Shown piece by piece: positions 58,731 to 60,955 of a DNA stretch of 60,955 bases. Made by a program: the position numbers and the translations under genes. Source of the stretch: a virus (taxonomy: Duplodnaviria; Caudoviricetes); the IMG/VR virus record IMGVR_UViG_3300037634_004666, positions 1 to 60,955 of that record; one strand, 5' to 3'. Numbering within the stretch: position 1 is the stretch's first letter; the number at the start of each line of letters is the position of its first letter. The notes under the pieces were generated by a model, which did no database searches, was not told the origin of the DNA, and worked only from the letters and a program-made list of their open reading frames with translations.

Positions 58731-60314
58731 TTAAGCCAATTCCCATTTTTTAGCTTTTCTTTTTGTTTTAGCAAATCCATCCTTTCCTTCCTCCAAACCT
58801 TTAGGGGGATAGGCAAATTTACAGGCATATGCCAATGCGTCAATCGTGTCGTCATGGGCCATTCTAGGCCCAAATTGTATAATTTCTCTTTGTAAGTCAT
58901 AATGTGTTTTTTTAATATGGATTTGTCCAACTGCAAATCTCTGTGCAAGTATTTCTTGTATTCTATCTCTTTTAGACATTCTGTTTCCTGGTTTCTCTTC
59001 ACGCCACCTAAGGCTGAAATCGTTCCGTCTAAGGCTCTCTGCTCTAATGGATTGGAAGAGAGGTTTTGACATTGTTGTGTCTTCAACTGTGAATAATCTA
59101 TGATGGTAGATTTTATTTTTTTCATACATGTAGTCAACGATACCCTTCTTGTCACTGCCCGGGATTCCGAGCACAGGAAGAGAACGCTTATGAAGATAAT
59201 CAAGGATATAAATATTGTTATCCATATCAACAGCAATAGTAATGATGACAGAGTAATCACTATCCCTCCTTATCGAATCCGTGGCAGGGTCGACACCGCC
59301 AAAAACAAACACAGGCTTAAGCTCACCATTAATGCTGATATAGCTAACACCACTATCATCGTCGTACCTATAATCACCTTCCCAATACCTGATATGCTCT
59401 CTTGTAAAAATCGCATCATCTTCAGACTGAACCTCCATTAAATATTCTTGATAAAACTTTTGTGGTTGCCCTGAGTCAGCATAAAACTTCTTTTTTCTAT
59501 CTAACTCTTCTTTAGGAAACCATGATGGCCATAGTATCGTACCTTTTTCATCTATAGCCTTTTTAAAAAATACATCCCAACTATAATCTTCTTTTTTCTG
59601 CTTAGCTAATTCATTACCTATAATTAAAGTATTGATGAAACTAGCAAAGTGAACAGGTGTTCCATTAACACGTAAGCGCCCATCAATAGGCTCAAGAGCA
59701 GGAAACACAACAGCAGTAACAAGAGTACTATTCTTATCACGTGCCTCAGGAGTAATTGTATTGTTCTCATCTTCAAAATCATCAAGGACGACCAAGTCGT
59801 ATCTTTTATGGAGCTTGGCTCCTCCTCGAATGCCAGATATATTTGATCTTGAGATGAGTTTTGATCCATCTCTTAATTCAATATCCTGTTCTGTCCATTT
59901 TTTACCCTTTATATCACCAAAGTAATATCTTATCTTTTCATTATACTCTAAGTGATGCTTTACGTAATCCATATTCCCTGTAGCTAGTTTCTGTGTTGCT
60001 GAAACCCATCCATAAAAATATGGTCCACCTGCATCTGTAAAACCCCACTCTTTAGCTTTACCTGAAAATGCAAAATCTCTTACTATGTCTGCTTTTGTAA
60101 ATACTGTTTTACCATGCCCTCTAGACATGATTACAGCTAACTGTCTAATTGTTTTATCATCTATCTTATTAGCTAACTCATAATGAAATGGAGCTGTCTC
60201 CGATCTCATAAAATCTTCTGGTAAAAATAGTTTACCAAAAGCTATAACGTCGTTAAATGCTTCCTTTAATAAGGCCTCTTCTTTAGCGACATTGTGAAAA
60301 TTTATATTAGCGAT
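58731..60314 (-). CDS. terL: Terminase large subunit (probable ATC start at 60314; first ATG at 60209)
   Basis: SRGHGKT Walker A, LVVLDDFE Walker B, GTP, GVDPA and HDDTIDALAY nuclease motifs. Confidence 0.92.
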   Translation of the reverse strand: MANINFHNVAKEEALLKEAFNDVIAFGKLFLPEDFMRSETAPFHYELANKIDDKTIRQLAVIMSRGHGKTVFTKADIVRDFAFSGKAKEWGFTDAGGPYFYGWVSATQKLATGNMDYVKHHLEYNEKIRYYFGDIKGKKWTEQDIELRDGSKLISRSNISGIRGGAKLHKRYDLVVLDDFEDENNTITPEARDKNSTLVTAVVFPALEPIDGRLRVNGTPVHFASFINTLIIGNELAKQKKEDYSWDVFFKKAIDEKGTILWPSWFPKEELDRKKKFYADSGQPQKFYQEYLMEVQSEDDAIFTREHIRYWEGDYRYDDDSGVSYISINGELKPVFVFGGVDPATDSIRRDSDYSVIITIAVDMDNNIYILDYLHKRSLPVLGIPGSDKKGIVDYMYEKNKIYHHRLFTVEDTTMSKPLFQSIRAESLRRNDFSLRWREEKPGNRMSKRDRIQEILAQRFAVGQIHIKKTHYDLQREIIQFGPRMAHDDTIDALAYACKFAYPPKGLEEGKDGFAKTKRKAKKWELA

Positions 60315-60326
60315 AAATCTCTCATA

Positions 60327-60428
60327 TTATTTTTTCTTAGGTTTAGATCCTTTTTTACTATGCTTCGTCCCAACTGGATGAGGCTTTTTATTTTTTGGTC
60401 AAGTATGAGTTTTTTTACGTTTTGTCAT
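60327..60428 (-). CDS. Small basic ORF with an in-frame UGA at codon 10 (recoded or pseudogene)
   Basis: AGGAG SD; MTKRKKTHT-UGA-PKNKKPHPVGTKHSKKGSKPKKK. Confidence 0.4.
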
Positions 60429-60439
60429 TTAATCTCCTA

Positions 60440-60955
60440 TTACTCTTCTGGATATGACCCAAAAGCTTGTTTGAATCGAACTTCCTCATCACTTTTAGGA
60501 GTATTTTTCTTACTATCTATAAAGTTTTGCATTTCATCCCAGCTATCAAACCCGAATAGTCCTGCTATTGCAGGAGTAACTGCATGTAATTGTATTTGAA
60601 ATTTATTATAAGTTACAGTATTTGTTCCACCTTTCGCAGGTGATACTTTAAAATTAAAATCATCTTTAATGGTATTTGGGCTTACCTTTCCCTTAGCTAA
60701 TATTTTTTTTTGTATATCAAGAAGCATTTGCCTAGCTTCTTTTCTGCCTAATTCCATACCAGAGAGATCTTTAATAAGGGCTCCATCCTTATCTCTTGCT
60801 AATGTTCCATCACTATGTTTTACATATTGAGTCTTCAGCTTAGTTGCTAAGCTAGACTGAGTCCCAGAAGATGACTGCTGTCTAGCGTCTGAAAATGATA
60901 TATTCTTAAATCTTTTTGCTAAATCTGAATTGTTTGCTAATTGACTTACAAATAA
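60440..60955 (-). CDS. 3' part of the junction-spanning protein that starts at 1370
   Basis: Same frame as 1..1370 through the terminal repeat; stop at 60440. Confidence 0.85.
   Translation of the reverse strand, partial: LFVSQLANNSDLAKRFKNISFSDARQQSSSGTQSSLATKLKTQYVKHSDGTLARDKDGALIKDLSGMELGRKEARQMLLDIQKKILAKGKVSPNTIKDDFNFKVSPAKGGTNTVTYNKFQIQLHAVTPAIAGLFGFDSWDEMQNFIDSKKNTPKSDEEVRFKQAFGSYPEE
60690..60955. repeat. Terminal direct repeat / circular overlap, copy 2
   Basis: Matches 1-266. Confidence 0.95.

Noticed and set aside
58700-59260. 186-aa alternative-frame ORF inside terL
   Set aside because: Almost entirely overlaps the well-supported TerL nuclease domain and has no recognisable motif
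21416-60599. Many short + strand ORFs opposite the structural genes (e.g. 27974..28429, 43639..43995, 59100..59441)
   Set aside because: Antisense shadows of long minus-strand genes, with S/L/I/F-rich composition
1-60955. Genome-wide stop-codon reassignment (TGA or TAG), as in some crAss-like phages
   Set aside because: All long genes are intact in code 11 and TGA ends several genes in ATGA overlaps; only two local UGA cases were noted

Overview
The window is an apparently complete, circularly permuted ~60.7 kb AT-rich dsDNA phage genome: bases 1-266 recur at 60690-60955 with 3 mismatches, and one ORF reads across the junction. It has two divergent arms. The + arm (~2.66-18.8 kb) holds small early genes, several structured non-coding segments including an ~780-nt GOLLD-like RNA, a candidate ubiquitin-like conjugation operon (E2-like, JAB/JAMM, E1/ThiF, Ubl ending in GG) and a replication module (Sak4-like ATPase, SSB-like, primase-polymerase/helicase fusion, RuvC-like resolvase, Cas4-like nuclease). 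The - arm holds TerS, TerL, portal, scaffold, major capsid, adaptor and tail-fibre genes, a lysis cluster, a nozzle protein and large ejected proteins, including a 3078-aa crAss-type virion RNA polymerase candidate (DADFDLD). Morphology is probably podovirus-like. I recognised no integrase, family A/B DNA polymerase, tRNA or CRISPR array. The most notable signals are the Ubl operon, a small Cys-rich ORF whose UGA is followed by a SECIS-like hairpin (possible selenoprotein), the large structured RNA and apparent ATC start codons. All calls come from reading motifs by eye; no searches were run.
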